NCBI GenBank assembly: GCA_963575745.1
Contig: CAUYUJ010000169.1
Span: 1-64,000, forward strand
Reading direction: 5' to 3'
From: Prorocentrum cordatum
Lineage: Eukaryota
Length of the DNA stretch: 64,000 nucleotides
Positions 1 to 12,314 of the stretch are shown here, piece by piece (the first letter of the stretch is position 1; every line of letters starts with the position of its first letter). A program made the translations under genes and the position numbers. The notes under the pieces were generated by a model. It was not told where the DNA came from and searched no databases. It saw only the letters and a list, made by a program, of their open reading frames with translations.

Positions 1-532
1 GTGTGTGTAAGTGTGTGTGTAAGTGTTTGTAAGTGTGTGTAAGTGTGCGTAAGTGTGTGCAAGTGTGTGTAAGTGTGCGTAAGTGTGCGTAAGTGTGTGT
101 AAGTGTGTGTAAGTGTGTGCAAGTGTGTGTAAGTGTGTGTAAGTGTGTATCAGTGTGTGTAGTGTGTGTAGTGTGTGTGTGTGTAAGGGTGTGTAAGGGT
201 GTGTAAGTGTGTGTAAGTGTGTGTAAGTGTGTGTAAGTGTGTGTGTAAGTGTGTGTGTAAGTGTGTGTAAGTGTGTGTAAGTGTGTGTAAGTGTGTGTGT
301 GTGTGTAAGTGTGTGTAAGTGTGTGTAAGTGTGTGTAAGTGTGTGTAAGTGTGTGTAAGTGTGTGTAAGTGTGTGTAAGTGTGTGTAAGTGTGTGTAAGC
401 GTGTGTAAGCGTGTGTAAGCGTGTGTAAGTGTGTGTAAGTGTGTGTAAGTGTGTGTAAGTGTGTGTAGGTGTGTGAAAGTGTGTGTGAGTGTGTGTGAGT
501 GTGTGTGTGAGTGTGTGTGTATGTGTGTGTGT
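1..532. repeat. (GTGTGTAAGT)n / GT-rich simple repeat
   Basis: Directly visible 10-bp unit derived from (GT)n. Confidence 0.95.
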
Positions 533-599
533 CCCGGGGCCCCTTCACCGAGGCAGTTCCTGGCCCCGAGCGGCAGCCCTTGTGGCTGGGCGCCCCCAG

Positions 600-3500
600 G
601 TGGGCCGGCGGAGATGCGTGAGCCGAAGGATTGGCATCCAGACCGATGCAGCCCCCGGGTTTCTCGGGGTGGAATCCCGTAGGGTTAAGTCGGGCCCGTC
701 CCTCTGCAGGAGGGATATTCAAAAGCAGTGGGGCTATGCTTGAGCATGGTTTGGCTATATATGTGTTTTATATATATATGTATATATATATATATATATC
801 GTAAAAAAAATCCGCCTGCAGGGGGGGGGCTATGGGTGCGTGTGTGTGTGTGTGTGTTGTCGGATAGGCCCCCCGCTCGAAAGGCAGCCCCCTTCTCGGG
901 GCCCGACAGCCCGCACCCATGCCTGTAGCTCCTTCATCCCCTTGCCCTTCCCCGTTCCTTCTCCCCACAGGTTTGAGCATGTGTTGCTCCTTCATCAGAT
1001 GTGGAGTCAAGAGGAAAGGGAGATCCTAGGGAGCAGGGGGGAAACCATGAAGCGCTAGCTGCTCCTGAGCAGATCTCCTCCCACTGGAAGCCACACTGGG
1101 ATCCCCTTCGGGCCCTGTTGGGCCTGGTTGGGATCACTTTTCGCCTTCGTCGCCTTGCCCTTCCCCACTCCTCCTCCCGATAGGTTTAAGTCGGGCATGT
1201 CCCTCTACAGGAGGAATATCCAAAAATAGTCAAAAATAGCCTAGGGACGATTCTTTGATTATTTTTCGGTTATCCTTGGGCATGTTTAGAATCTTTCTTA
1301 TTTTTCCTTTGAAATCTGCAGGGGGACATGCCCGACCTGACCCCTGGAGGTCTTGACCCATTCCCCTGGACCGGTTTTTCATCCTGAGTTGTTTTCTGAC
1401 GGCCCGAGGGCCGGCGAGGGCCCCCAGAGGGCGACAATATCACAAGCCATTCGTCACGATTTTTTCATTGTTGCCATATGGGGGTCGAAGCAGGTTTGGA
1501 TTTGTAGAAGACGGACTACTGCGAAAGCATTTGCCAGGGATGTTTTCATTGATCAAGGACGAAAGTTAGGGGATATACCGTCCTAGTCCTAACCATAAGC
1601 CATGCCGACTAGACATTGGAGGTCGTTATTTATACGACTCCCTTGAGCGTGTGCTGCCCGTTGGCCAAGACGGGGGGGGAGGGGGGGGGGGCCTGCGGCC
1701 CGCGTGGGCGAGCGAGGCGTCCGCCCCCGCCGTCCTCCTCGCCCTCGGGACTGCGCGGTGCGCGCGTTGCTGCCCCGGCCGCGCACGGCGCGGCCGAGAC
1801 CGGCGTCGTTCGTTGGAGGTGCAGCGCTGCCTGGTGCAGTCGTATGCGGCAGGTGGAGCGGCACGTAGCGCGGCCGCAGGCATGCAGCCCAATGCCGCGT
1901 CTTCTTCTTGTTATCATTATTCTTCTTATTATTATTATTCTTCTTATTATTATTTTTATTATTATTCTTCTTCTTCTTCTTGTTTTTCGTCGTATTCAGT
2001 GTTGCTAGTATTTGTAGCGTTGGCATCTTTATGTATATCATTCGTATTCGCATTGGTATTTGCATTGTTGGTAAGATTAGCATTCGCATTATTATTACTA
2101 GTACTCGAATTACTCTTATTGTAAGTATTCGTATTATTACTATTCTGGGCCTGTGGGGGATGGGGCGCGTCGCCCTTCTGAGGCCGCCCGCGTCCGCCCT
2201 GTCATCCTTCCCATCTCGAAGAAGAACAAGACGCATAAGCATAAATGTTCGGATAACGCTTATAGCCCCCACGAGGGGAAGCGGATCTGTCTGATGCTGG
2301 ACGAGCATCGCTTCATTTCAGAACGTGCTGTAAGTCACCCTAAGGCCTTTCAGGGGAGAGAAAAAAAAATGTTCGGAGCTCCGCGCGGAGTTCTTGGATC
2401 GGCGCCAGGCCCCGCCAGCGGCGTCCCCAGCGCAGTCCCTGGCGCGCTCCGCGCGCCAGGGAGGGAGGTCCAGCGCCGATCCAGGAACTCCGCGCAGGGC
2501 TCCGAAAGTTTATGCTTGTGCCGCACGCTGCTCCCCAGATCCTCTCCTGGCCCTTCTGCGGGGGGACCTCGCCGCCGCGGCTGGTGCCGCATCGAGCCCG
2601 GGGCCAGGAGGCGCTCCGGTGGAGGTCCGAGGGGCGAGGGGCCCAGTGGAGCCTGGAGCGGCCAAGGCCATCAGCTTCCTCGCGAGCTCCGCCGGTCGCC
2701 CCGGGACCCCTTTTCTGAAGCGGGAGCAGCCCCGAGAGAGTGTCCCAGATCGCCCCAATGTTCGGCTAGACGCAAGAGCGACCTTTCGCCGGAGTGACCG
2801 TTGGTGCGGGCACAGATGGGCCCCCAGATGGCCGAACGCGATGCGATAGTAGCGTCTTGCGCGATTGTCCTGGGCCCCCCCGCGGCCCCCAAGAAGCCGC
2901 GCACCAAAGGTCACTCTTACCCAAGGCCACTCTTGCGTGTAGCAGAAATGTAATCCCAGGACGCCCAGATGAGCTGCGGAAGAAGGCGGGGTCGTCTTCG
3001 GCGGTATGGGCGCGTGAGCTGCCCGCGTCGGTTCTCGCGCGCAGGCGCCGTCGCTTCCAATGCAGCCCGCCAGGCGGGCGGCCCGCGTCTGCTGCGGCGT
3101 AAGGCCGGTATGCCATCTCGCGTGAGTTTTTCCCAACCATCCTGTGGTGTTGGGTCCTCGTTTTGAAGAGACGGTGCCCCGCGTCTCCTCTCCTCTCCTC
3201 TCCTCCTCCTCCCCCTCCTCCTCCCTCCTCCCCCTCTTCCCTGCGCTTCACCCACCCAGTACAGCGTTTCGCAGCCCCATAGGAGCTCCACCGAAGGCAC
3301 CAGTACCCGCGCCCGCATGCGTCACCCACACCCAATTCGGCACACCCCTCACACGCTTCGTGGCTCCATAGGGAGCTCCACCGAAGGCCCCAGTGCCCGC
3401 GCCCGCATGCGTCACCCACACCCATTTCGGCACACCCCTCACACGCTTCGTGGCTCCATAGGGAGCTCCACCGAAGGCCCCAGTGCCCGCGCCCGCATGC

Positions 3501-4682
3501 GTCACCCACACCCATTTCGGCACACCCCTCACACGTTTCGTGGCCCATAGGAGCTCCACAGTAGGCCCCAGTGCCCGCACCCGCATGCGTCAGCCACACC
3601 CAGTTCGGCACACCCCTCACACGTTTCGTCGTGGCTCCGATAGCGGACACCCCTCACACGCTTCGTGGCTCCATAGGGAGCTCCACCGAAGGCCCCAGTG
3701 CCCGCGCCCGCATGCGTCACCCACATCCATTTCGGCACACCCCTCACACGTTTCGTGGCTCCATAGGGAGCTCCACCGAAGGCCCCAGTGCCCGCGCCCG
3801 CATGCGTCACCCACACCCATTTCGGCACACCCCTCACACGTTTCGTGGCTCCATAGGGAGCTCCACCGAAGGCCCCAGTGCCCGCGGCCGCATGCGTCCC
3901 CCACACCCATTTCGGCACACCCCTCACACGTTTCGTGGCTCCATAGGGAGCTCCACCGAAGGCCCCAGTGCCCGCGCCCGCATGCGTCACCCACACCCAT
4001 TTCGGCACACCCCTCACACGTTTCGTGGCTCCATAGGGAGCTCCGCCGAAGGCCCCAGTGCCCGCGCCCGCATGCGTCACCCACGCCCATTTCGGCACAC
4101 CCCTCACACGTTTCGTGGCTCCATAGGGAGCTCCACCGAAGGCCCCAGTGCCCGCGCCCGCATGCGTCACCCACACCCATGTCGGCACACCCCTCACACG
4201 TTTCGTGGCTCCATAGGGAGCTCCACCGAAGGCCCCAGTGCCCGCGCCCGCATGCGTCACCCACACCCATTCGGCACACCCCTCACACGTTTCGTGGCCC
4301 CATAGGGAGCTCCGCCGAAGGCCCCAGTGCCCGCGCCCGCATGCGTCAGCCACACCCATTTCGGCACGCCCCTCACGCGTTCCGTGGCCCCATAGGGAGC
4401 TCCGCCGAAGGTCCCAGTGGGTGTGCCCGCATGCGTCCCGCACACCCATTTCGGCACACCCCTCACACGTTTCTTGGCCCCATAGAGAGCTCCACCGAAG
4501 GCCCCAGTGGGTGTGCCCGCATGCGTCCCGCACACCCATTTCGGCACACCCCTCGTACGTTTCGTGGCCCCGTAGGGGGCTCCACCGAGAAGATATTCAC
4601 AATTGCAGTATTCACAATTGCATATGGTTGGGTCCTTCGCCAGGATAATTTGTTACGTCGCCCAGATGGACACAAGATGTGA
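600..4682 (+). CDS. Possible 3' exons of an unknown gene (600-658, 971-1013, 2282-2344, 4644-4682)
   Basis: Unique islands with AG acceptors and GT/GA/GC donors join in frame: VGRRRCVSRRIGIQTDAAPGFEHVLLLHQMWSQE-RICLMLDEHRFISERAVSHPK-DNLLRRPDGHKM*. No recognisable domain, so this may be chance. Confidence 0.25.
685..830. mobile_element. MITE family A, degenerate copy with internal (TA)n
   Basis: Left TIR TTAAGTCGGGCCCGTCCCTCTGCAGG; partial right TIR CCTGCAGGGGG. Confidence 0.65.
1186..1340. mobile_element. MITE family A copy
   Basis: TTAAGTCGGGCATGTCCCTCTACAGG ... CTGCAGGGGGACATGCCCGACCTGA with AT-rich interior. Confidence 0.85.
1341..1430 (-). repeat. Interspersed repeat family B, partial (core GACTCGGGATGAAAAACCGGTCCCGGGGAATGGGTC)
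   Basis: Same core recurs near 10891-11025, 43622-43745, 45953-46060, 47085-47175, 49468-49595 and 49702-49905. Confidence 0.8.
1496..1648 (+). pseudogene. 18S (SSU) rRNA fragment, dinoflagellate type, decayed
   Basis: GACGGACTACTGCGAAAGCATTTGCC..GATGTTTTCATTGATCAAG..CGAAAGTTAGGGGAT..ATACCGTCCTAGTC..AACCATAA.CCATGCCGACTAGA.ATTGGAGGTCGTT matches the conserved SSU segment after V4 (recalled, not aligned); 13-nt deletion and isolated context. Confidence 0.92.
2370..2516. mobile_element. Foldback/MITE family C copy
   Basis: TTCGGAGCTCCGCGCGGAGTTCTTGGATC ... GATCCAGGAACTCCGCGCAGGGCTCCGAA inverted arms with central CCTGGCGCGC-TCC-GCGCGCCAGG hairpin. Confidence 0.8.
3127..4591 (-). mobile_element. 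Satellite-carrying element (family D): stem-loop terminus, CT tract, about 14-15 x 90-bp tandem units
   Basis: Terminus TTTTTCCCAACCATCCTGTGGTGTTGGGTCCTCGTTTTGAAGAG; 90-bp period (e.g. 3671, 3761, 3851). Confidence 0.8.
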
Positions 4683-4919
4683 ATCCGGGGGGGGGGAAGG
4701 GCGTCGTGTGTCGCCCCGGGGAGAGCCTCCAGAGGCTCCCCAGAGCCTCGCCAGCACACCCTGTGGTCGCGACCGACTGTGAAAACACATGTGTTCCTCC
4801 AGCAATGGGTGGCGACACCGTCGCGAAAAATACACACACACAAGCGCACACACACAGCGAGGTGGCGGCACCGTAGCGAGTCGAATATATATATATATAT
4901 ATAGAACACACACACACAC

Positions 4920-5003
<84 letters not shown>

Positions 5004-5431
5004 TTACGTTTTTCGTCGCGGCCCTGCGCGCGGCGGTGCGGCGTAGGCAGTCGAGCGGGAGCACGCGCGCGGCCGGGCCAGAGGGGGAGTGGGGACACAC
5101 ACAACACAACACCACACCACACCACACCACACCACACCACAACACAACACAACACAACACAACACAACACAACACAACACACACACACACACACACACGC
5201 GAGCAACGCAAAAGCACGGGGTCGTCTGCGCCGACATTGGCGCGGAAGCTGCCCGCCGAGGGTCGCGCGTAGGCGCCCTCGCTTCCGATGCAGCGTGTGG
5301 CGCGCGCGGCCCGCGTACGCCGCGGCGCAAGGTCGCTACGCCACCTCGCCCAAGACCGCTTTCTGATCGTCGCTCACATGATGCTGCCGTGCACCCATGA
5401 TTACGCACGATGTCTTCGGGCAGCGCACCCC

Positions 5432-5468
5432 TCCGCAGCCACTGTGGCTCAAGCCATCCTGGCCGAGG
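5432..5468 (+). other. Relict dinoflagellate spliced leader, full copy plus degenerate second relict
   Basis: TCCGCAGCCACTGTGGCTCAAG is 19/22 to DCCGTAGCCATTTTGGCTCAAG; the next 15 nt CCATCCTGGCCGAGG are 10/15 to the relict CCATTTTGGCTCAAG. Confidence 0.85.
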
Positions 5469-5907
5469 CGGAGCTCGCTCGCGCCGAAGTTGCGGGGGGT
5501 GGGCCCGCGACACGCCCGACGGGCCAGGTGTCCTTCCTTGGGCGGCGGCGCACCGAGGAGGCCCCGTGTAGGAGTCTTCGATCTTGGAGCCGGCTGGGGG
5601 TCGGAGGCGGCTGGGTATAGGCTCTGGCGAGCAGGAAGGGGGGGCGGGAATCAAGGCTCTGGGCGCGGGGAGGTTTCACTCATGCCCCTTTCGGTCTCCA
5701 GGGACCGTTCTTGGGCCTGGGGGCCATTCGAAAACGGAGCCGGGGCGAAAAGCTGCATGCCCAGGGACCGATCTTGGTCGGATTTGCCTTCGTCCCCCTT
5801 TGCTTGGTCGCTGTCCCTGGGGCCCCATCCAACCCGGACCCTCGGCCGCCCCCCAGCTTCGATCACGCAGCCTCCGCGCGAATGCTGGCGCCCTGCGCCG
5901 GGGCGCC

Positions 5908-8614
5908 ATGAGCTACCAGCGCCTCCTGGAGGCCGACGGGCGCCTGCTGGCCGTCCTGGAGGAGCGCCTCGCCGCCGCCGCCGCCGCCCGCGGCGGCGGC
6001 CGCGCCGACGCAGGCCACACCCAGCGCCAGAGCCTGGAGCCGGACCTCTCCGGCTCGGCGTGCTGGGAGGGGCTGGGCACCGCCGCCGCCCGCGGCGGCG
6101 GCCGCCCCGACGCAGGCCACACCCAGCGTCAGGGCCTAGAGCTGGACGTCTCCGGCTCGGCGCTCTGGGAGGGGCTGGGCACTGCCGCCGCCCGCGGCGG
6201 CGGCCGCGCCGACGCAGGCCACACCCAGCGTCAGGGCCTGGAGCCAGACCTCTCCGGCTCGGCGCTCTGGGAGGGGCTGGGCACCGCCGCCGCCCGCGGC
6301 GGCGGCCGAGCCGACGCAGGCCACGCCCCGCGCCAGGGCCTGGAGCCGGACCCCTTCGGCTCGCCGATCTGCCGCGCCCGGGAGCCGCCGGAGGAGTCCC
6401 CGCGGAGTTTCGCGAGCTCGCTGCCGCTGCCGACCGCGAGCGGAGGCGGCAGCGCTGGCGCGCAGGTGCGCCGCGGCGCGCACGCCGCGGGGCACCTGCA
6501 GGAGGCGCAGGAGGGTCGGGCGGGCGGCAACGGGGGGAGGACAAGAAGCGTGGGGCGGGGGGGTCGAAGGCTGCAGGAGGGTGGCTCTAAAGGTGCCCCA
6601 CTGAGCGGCCCCTGAGCTGCCACCGTGGGCCCAAGAGTTGCACCAGATCGCGCACGCTGCTTCGCCCCACGGCTCTTGCCCCCCCGCTGTCCGCGGGCAC
6701 GCCCGAGAGGGGATGCTGGCGCACGGGCGGCGCTTGAGGTCGGCGGAGCGGGCCAGCGGCGAGGCGGAGAGGTTCACAGAGTGCACGCACGGCGAGGCGG
6801 AGAGCGCCCGCAGGCGCTGGGAGCAGGCCTCGGAGCGTGCCGAGGGGGCCCACGGGGAGCAGCAGTGGCGTGCCCGCGAACGCGCGCAGCGGGCCCTGGA
6901 GGGCCAAGAGGCGGTCGTGGCAGAGGCCCTCGCCAGGAAGGTCCGCGCCCTGGAAGGGGCGCTCCACGGAGTGGCGGGCGCGCGCGAGGCGCTGGCCGCG
7001 CCGCCAGTCGAGGGGGCAGGAGCCGCAGTGGGCTGGCTAACAGCCGAGGCGAGAGCGCTGCGCGCCCTGGCGGGCGCCGACGCGCGCACAGTCGTCGGCG
7101 GCTGCCCGCAGCCGCCGAGCGAGCCGCGCGAAGCCCAGCGCCTGCAGGATCTGCTGGCGCGCGTCTTCGGGCGCCAGGCGGAGTTCGCGGCCAGGGCATG
7201 CTGGGGCGCGTGGAGGCGGTTGTCGCGGGAACGCGGGCACATGCAGGGGCTGCTGTTGCTCGCTGTCAGGTGCCAAGGGCGGCGCGCGGCCAGGTGGTGC
7301 TGGGGCGCCTGGGGGGTTGTGTCGCGTGAGGCCCAGTGGAGGCGGAAGCTGCAGGAGCGCGTGGCCGAGCACCACGGCAAGGCAGCGCGGCGTGCCTTCC
7401 TCGCCACATTTTGGGCAGCTTGGTTCAGCCTCCCGCGGGACGGCGGACGCAGGCACATGCTGGGACTGTTGGCGCACGCCATCAGGTGCCAAGAGCGGCG
7501 CGCGGCCAGGTGGTGCTGGGGCGCCTGGGTCGTTGTGTCGCGTGAGGCCCAGTGGAGGCGGAAGCAGCAGGAGCGCGTCGCCAAGCATCACGGCAAAGCA
7601 GTGCGGCGTGCCTTCCTCGCCACATTTTGGGCAGCTTGGTCCGGCCTCCCGCGGGACGGCCAGCTGTGGCAGGAGCGCCACCGCGTCATGAATTTGGTGT
7701 TGGTGGGCAGTTCCCTGGACCGGGACAAGATCTCCCGGAAGGAGCAGGAGGTTCTGTGGAGGTGCTGGCGCTGGGTCGTGGAGGGCCGGCGCAGGCGAGA
7801 GGCCTACCTCGTGCAAAGCTCGCGGTGGCAACTCTGCGGCTTCGCGCTGCGGTGCTGGCTGCTGTGGTCGGTGCCCACGCGTGCGAGACGCCAGCTGCGG
7901 CACCAGGGGCTCGCTGGGCCCCGCCTGGCCTTCTGCGGCGAGCCGACAGGCGAGGGATGGCAGGCGGCAGGGCAGCAGGTCTGGGCCTCCGGCGCCAAGC
8001 GGCGCCCGAGCGGCGCACTCGGCCCCAGCGGGGCGCGCGAAGGGCAGGCACCCCAGCTGGGCCCAGCACCCGAGGGGGGCCTGCGCGCACCGTCGGAGGA
8101 GGCCCTGGCGCAGGATCGCCTGCTGGTGGCAGAGGAGGCTCCACTGGCTCCGTGCCGTGCAGCACACTCGCGGGGCCGCCCGCACCTCGATGCGGCGCTC
8201 CCGGAGAGCCGGAGGCTCCCAGCGTCAAGCCACCCGGAGTGGAGGCGCACCTCTGTCTGCAGCGGCGGTTGGCAGAGCGCCGGCATCGCGGGGCCCGTGC
8301 CGCCCGCCTTGGCCTCCAGCGCGTGGAGCTTGGGGGCGGTCCCGGCAGGCCCAGAGCCAGCACCGCGCCCCGCGGCGCCCTCAACCGAGGGGGCGGGCGC
8401 AGAAGCGGTCGGGGCGGCGGCAGACTCGACAGCGATCGCCCCAGCCGATCCCAGCCTGGGAAGGGCCGCCGTCCCAGGCGGCCGAGCCAAGCCCGGCAGG
8501 CCCGCCCTGACCGTAGTGTGGCCTGCGTGGGGGCGGCAGGGGGGCGGCAGTACGGCCCAATCTCCCCACCCGGCGGCCGCCGTCAAGCATCGGCAGGGCG
8601 GCAGTCCAGCATGA
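5908..8614 (+). CDS. Coiled-coil / Trp-repeat (Sfi1-like) protein, intron-poor probable retrogene
   Basis: GCGCCATG start (MSYQRLLEADG); 102-bp tandem repeats; probable intron about 6511-6709 joining to the 6638-8614 frame; repeats RACWGAWRR, RWCWGAW, FLATFWAAW, LWRCWRW; 216-bp internal duplication. Confidence 0.6.
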
Positions 8615-9906
8615 CGATGTCCAGCGAGGAAGAGGCTTGCGCCATTCAGCAGGGAGGCCGCAGTCCAGCAGTCAGCGTCGTCGCAGACGCGGGGCGGAGC
8701 AGCTCGCGTCGGGCAGCGAGGAGGCGGTATAGTCCAGCCGCCAGCCTCTCCTGCTGCCGAGCGGGCACAGCCGCAGACGGAGCAGTTCGCGCCGGGCATC
8801 GACGAGACGGCGGTCCAACCTCCACGACCGCCCGCTGCCCTCGAGGGCAGAGGAACAGCTCGCGCCGAGCAGCAAGGCGGCGGCAGTCCAGCTGCCAGCG
8901 CCTCCCGCTGCCGAGGCCCGAGGAGAAGCCGAGGATGGAGCACGGCGAGCAGGCGGACGTCCAGCCGCACGCGTCCTCCGCGCGCCCCTCGCTGGAAGCG
9001 TCCACGCGCGGGCTCCCGGGCGGCAGAGGCGGCTCTGCGGCGCGCTCACGGCTGGTGACGGGCAGCGCCTTCCGCAGCTGCGCGGTCCGCGCGCGCTTCG
9101 CTTCGTGGATCGTAGAGCGGTGGCTGCCAGCTGCGCGCGACAGCGGCTGCGCCCGCCGGCTTCACCGCAGGGGGCGCTCTTTCGTCGTGACCGGGCCGCG
9201 CCGCGGATGAGGCGCTTCCGCAGGCGGCCTCGCTCGGGCGGGGACCAGGACGAGGACATGAAGATCCGTTCCAGGGCAGTCCGGGACGCTTTCTCGGGCG
9301 CCCGAGAGAGCCTCTGGAGCCGCCGGAGCTCAGAGCTTCTCGATGTATCCTCACCCAGCGTTTGTCCTCTCAAGCAGTGGCGAAGCGTCCGGGCTCGCCT
9401 AGAGCCCTGCCAAACAATGTTCTGAGAACCTTTTTTATGGTTGCCACGGCATGTTCTTAGAGCATGTCTGGCGGAGTCTGTCTTGTGTTGAACACATCGG
9501 GTTCATGCTCTAAGAACACTGTTTGTTTTTGTGCTTAGAACAGTTTGGGGTTCTAAGAACACTTCGTGGTAGGACTATAGGAATGCCGGGACGGTCGGCC
9601 CTTGCTCAATCCTCGTCCTGGCTTCGTTCTTGCGTTGATGAGGCTTTTGGGTTCTATGAACATTTCGTGGTAGGACTATAGGAATGCCGGGACGGTCGGT
9701 CCCTGCTCAATCCTCGACCTGGCTTCGTTCTTACGCTGATGAGGCGAGCCTCGCCAGCGGCGCAGCGAGCTCGGCCGGGCCAGCGGTCTGAAGGAGCAGC
9801 GCGGCCCCTGCGGGAGCGCGCGGCGGCCTACTCAGCAGGCGAAGGCCGCCTCCGACAGCCGCATGTTCCTCCAGGAGAGGGGAGCCTGCGGCCCGGGAAG
9901 CGAGGC

Positions 9907-10059
9907 TTAGGTCGGGCATGTCCTCCTACAGGCAGATTTTGGAGGAAAAAAAGATCCAAACATATTCAAAAGTTGTGATGAAAAATACAAGTCGTCCCAA
10001 GATGATTATTTGACTAGTTTTGAGTTTCCCTCCTGTAGAAGGACGTGTGCCCGACTAAA
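9907..10059. mobile_element. MITE family A, TSD AGCGAGGC
   Basis: TIRs plus identical 8-bp flanks. Confidence 0.85.
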
Positions 10060-10288
10060 AGCGAGGCCCGCCTCGCATCCCTGCTCAATCCTCGTCCTGG
10101 CTTCGTTCTTACGCTGATGAGGCGAGCCTCGCCGGCGGCGCAGCGAGCTCGGCCGGGCCAGCGGTCTGCAAGAGCGCTGCGCGTGCCGCCGCGGGAGCGC
10201 GCGGCGGCCTACACAGCAGGCGAAGGCAGCCTCCGACGGCCGCACGCCCTTTCCTGGGAAGGGGCGCCCGCGGCCGGGGAAGCGAGGC

Positions 10289-10548
10289 TTAGGTCGGGCA
10301 TGTCTTCCTACAGGCAGATTTTGGAGGACAACTAAAACATATGGAAAATATACCAAAATGCTCAAACATCTGATTTCCCGTTTTTTCTGACAAACATACA
10401 TCATAATGAAAATAATCATACTAATAATAATCATACGACTAATAATCAGAATCACGAGACAAATAATAATAGTGATAATAATAATATTAGTATTAATAAT
10501 AATAGTAATAATAACATTAATAATAGTAGTAATTCTACTACTACTAAA

Positions 10549-10585
<37 letters not shown>

Positions 10586-10764
10586 GCAATAACAATAACA
10601 ACACCAATAATAATAAGACGACTACAAATACTAATAATAACAACAATAGCAATACGAATACTTATAATAACAAGAAGAAGTATGCTAACAAGTTTTGTTT
10701 TTAACAAAAAAAACCCCATGCTATCATTTGACTATTTTCCTGTAGAGGGACGCGCCCGACATCA
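10289..10764. mobile_element. MITE family A, duplicated copy expanded by internal (AAT)n, TSD AGCGAGGC
   Basis: Same flanks as the 9907 copy inside a local duplication (about 9700-9945 vs 10078-10330). Confidence 0.85.
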
Positions 10765-10814
10765 AGCGAGGCCCAGGAGGCTGCTCCGCCAGCAGCTCTA
10801 GCGCCGCGTGGAGC

Positions 10815-11025
10815 CCATGTGCCCCCTCTCGAGCCTTGAAAGAAAACCAAAAAACACGACGGGAGTTTTTTTTTTCGCTGTTTTCGGCGTCTGGGGGCCC
10901 TCACCGGGCCTCGGGACGGTCAGAAAACGACTCAGGATGAAAAACCCGTCCCGGGGAATGGGTCAAGGACCGTGGGGGGCGACGGGGTCGGCGTTCTGAA
11001 CAAATCATGACGTCGGGGGTCTGGG
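10815..11025 (+). mobile_element. Family B element (probable MITE, end CATGACGTCGGGGGTCTGGG)
   Basis: Core motif plus terminus; inverse terminus CCCAGACCCC seen at 41063 and 47022. Confidence 0.7.
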
Positions 11026-11549
11026 TACAGCAGTGAGCAAAGTACGTAGGCGGTTGCACTGGCTATTAGCGACCTGGTGTAGCCGATCGGCACGATGCAA
11101 TTGCAGGTGTGTGTGTGTGTGTGTTTGTGCGTGTGTGCGTGTGCGTGTACGTTTCGAACCGCCCTCGGCATGCTTGAGAATCGGTCTCGATCTGCCCGAG
11201 GCGTGATGTGCGTGCCTCAGCTCAGCCTCGTGTCCTGCGGCGGGCTCGTCATCCGCAGCTGGTGGATGTCATGTAAATACATTTGCCTGTTCGCTTGAGG
11301 CACTCCAAAAAGGGCGTTGCCTTCACGGGGTGAAGAAGTTGCCATTTCTTCCTCGGCGGAAGGCGGCGGAAATATAACGAGGTTGCCTCAGCTTGCGGAA
11401 GTAAGAATCGGTTTCCCAAGTGACGGCAAGATTTTGATGCTCAGGGTTTCTCGAACTCGCCATTTGCCCTGGTGTTACACAGTAGATGCACATTTGATCT
11501 ACCCAGCGCAGCCTTGATTAGAGGTGATCATACCGCGGAGGAGATATAT

Positions 11550-11906
11550 ACGCAATGATATGCGCTGATGCGTCACACTATGTAGCGCAAAAACATGTAT
11601 GTCATAGCAGTGCGTGCATAGCTGCGCTTGACATTTGGCACAGCACATGGTTTAATGCTGCATGCCACTGTAGACGTTGCGTGTGTAGCACAGCATGGCG
11701 TAGCACGGCACAGCGTTGCATGGCATGGCATTCGCATAGCATCGCATTACGTACAATGGCGTAGCATAGCGCATCGGAGTACGACATCGTGTTGCGTAGC
11801 ATCGAATTGGACACAACAGCATGGCATTGTAGAACAAGTGGTAGCATTGCACAGCATAGCATCACGTTGCAGCGCATGGCATCGCACAGCATGGCATAGC
11901 ATGGCA
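11550..11906. repeat. Degenerate (GCATR)n pentanucleotide repeat
   Basis: GCATGGCATAGC-type units. Confidence 0.75.
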
Positions 11907-12282
11907 CCCGTGAACCAGGTGCCTGAGCGACCCCACAGCCACTCCTGTTACAAGAGGCCGGGCGCTCTTGGCGCCCCAGGAGGCCAGATGGTCACGGGGT
12001 TTTCTGCACGGAACCATTCAGGATCAGCTGGGCACTCGGAGGTAGGAAGTGCGTGGCAATCGCCTCCGCGGCGCCGCGCCCCCGAGCACCCGCCTGCGAC
12101 CTCGTCCCCCTCCTCCCTGCGGTCGCCCCCTGTGCTGCTGCCCGCGCATCCGCCCCGCCTGCCTCGACCGCCTCCTGTGCCCCTCCTCCCTCGAGGGGCT
12201 GCTGCTGCGGTGGAGCTGCCGCCGCCCTTGCCCCTCGCGTCCTCGTCGGCCAGCCTCTCGCATCCTTGTCGGCCAGCGAAAC

Positions 12283-12314
<32 letters not shown>

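Noticed and set aside
1..532. Telomeric repeat
   Set aside because: Not TTTAGGG-type; it is a GT-derived 10-mer.
3250..4590. 90-bp tandem array (and the 101-bp array at 21606-22585) as CRISPR
   Set aside because: Units are near-identical throughout, with no unique spacers and no cas genes; eukaryotic context.
8640..9373. Minus-strand gene
   Set aside because: Protein-like patches switch frames with no recognisable domain; cannot be supported.
9735..9760. CTGATGAGGCGAGCC as a hammerhead ribozyme core
   Set aside because: No GAAA after the putative stem II.
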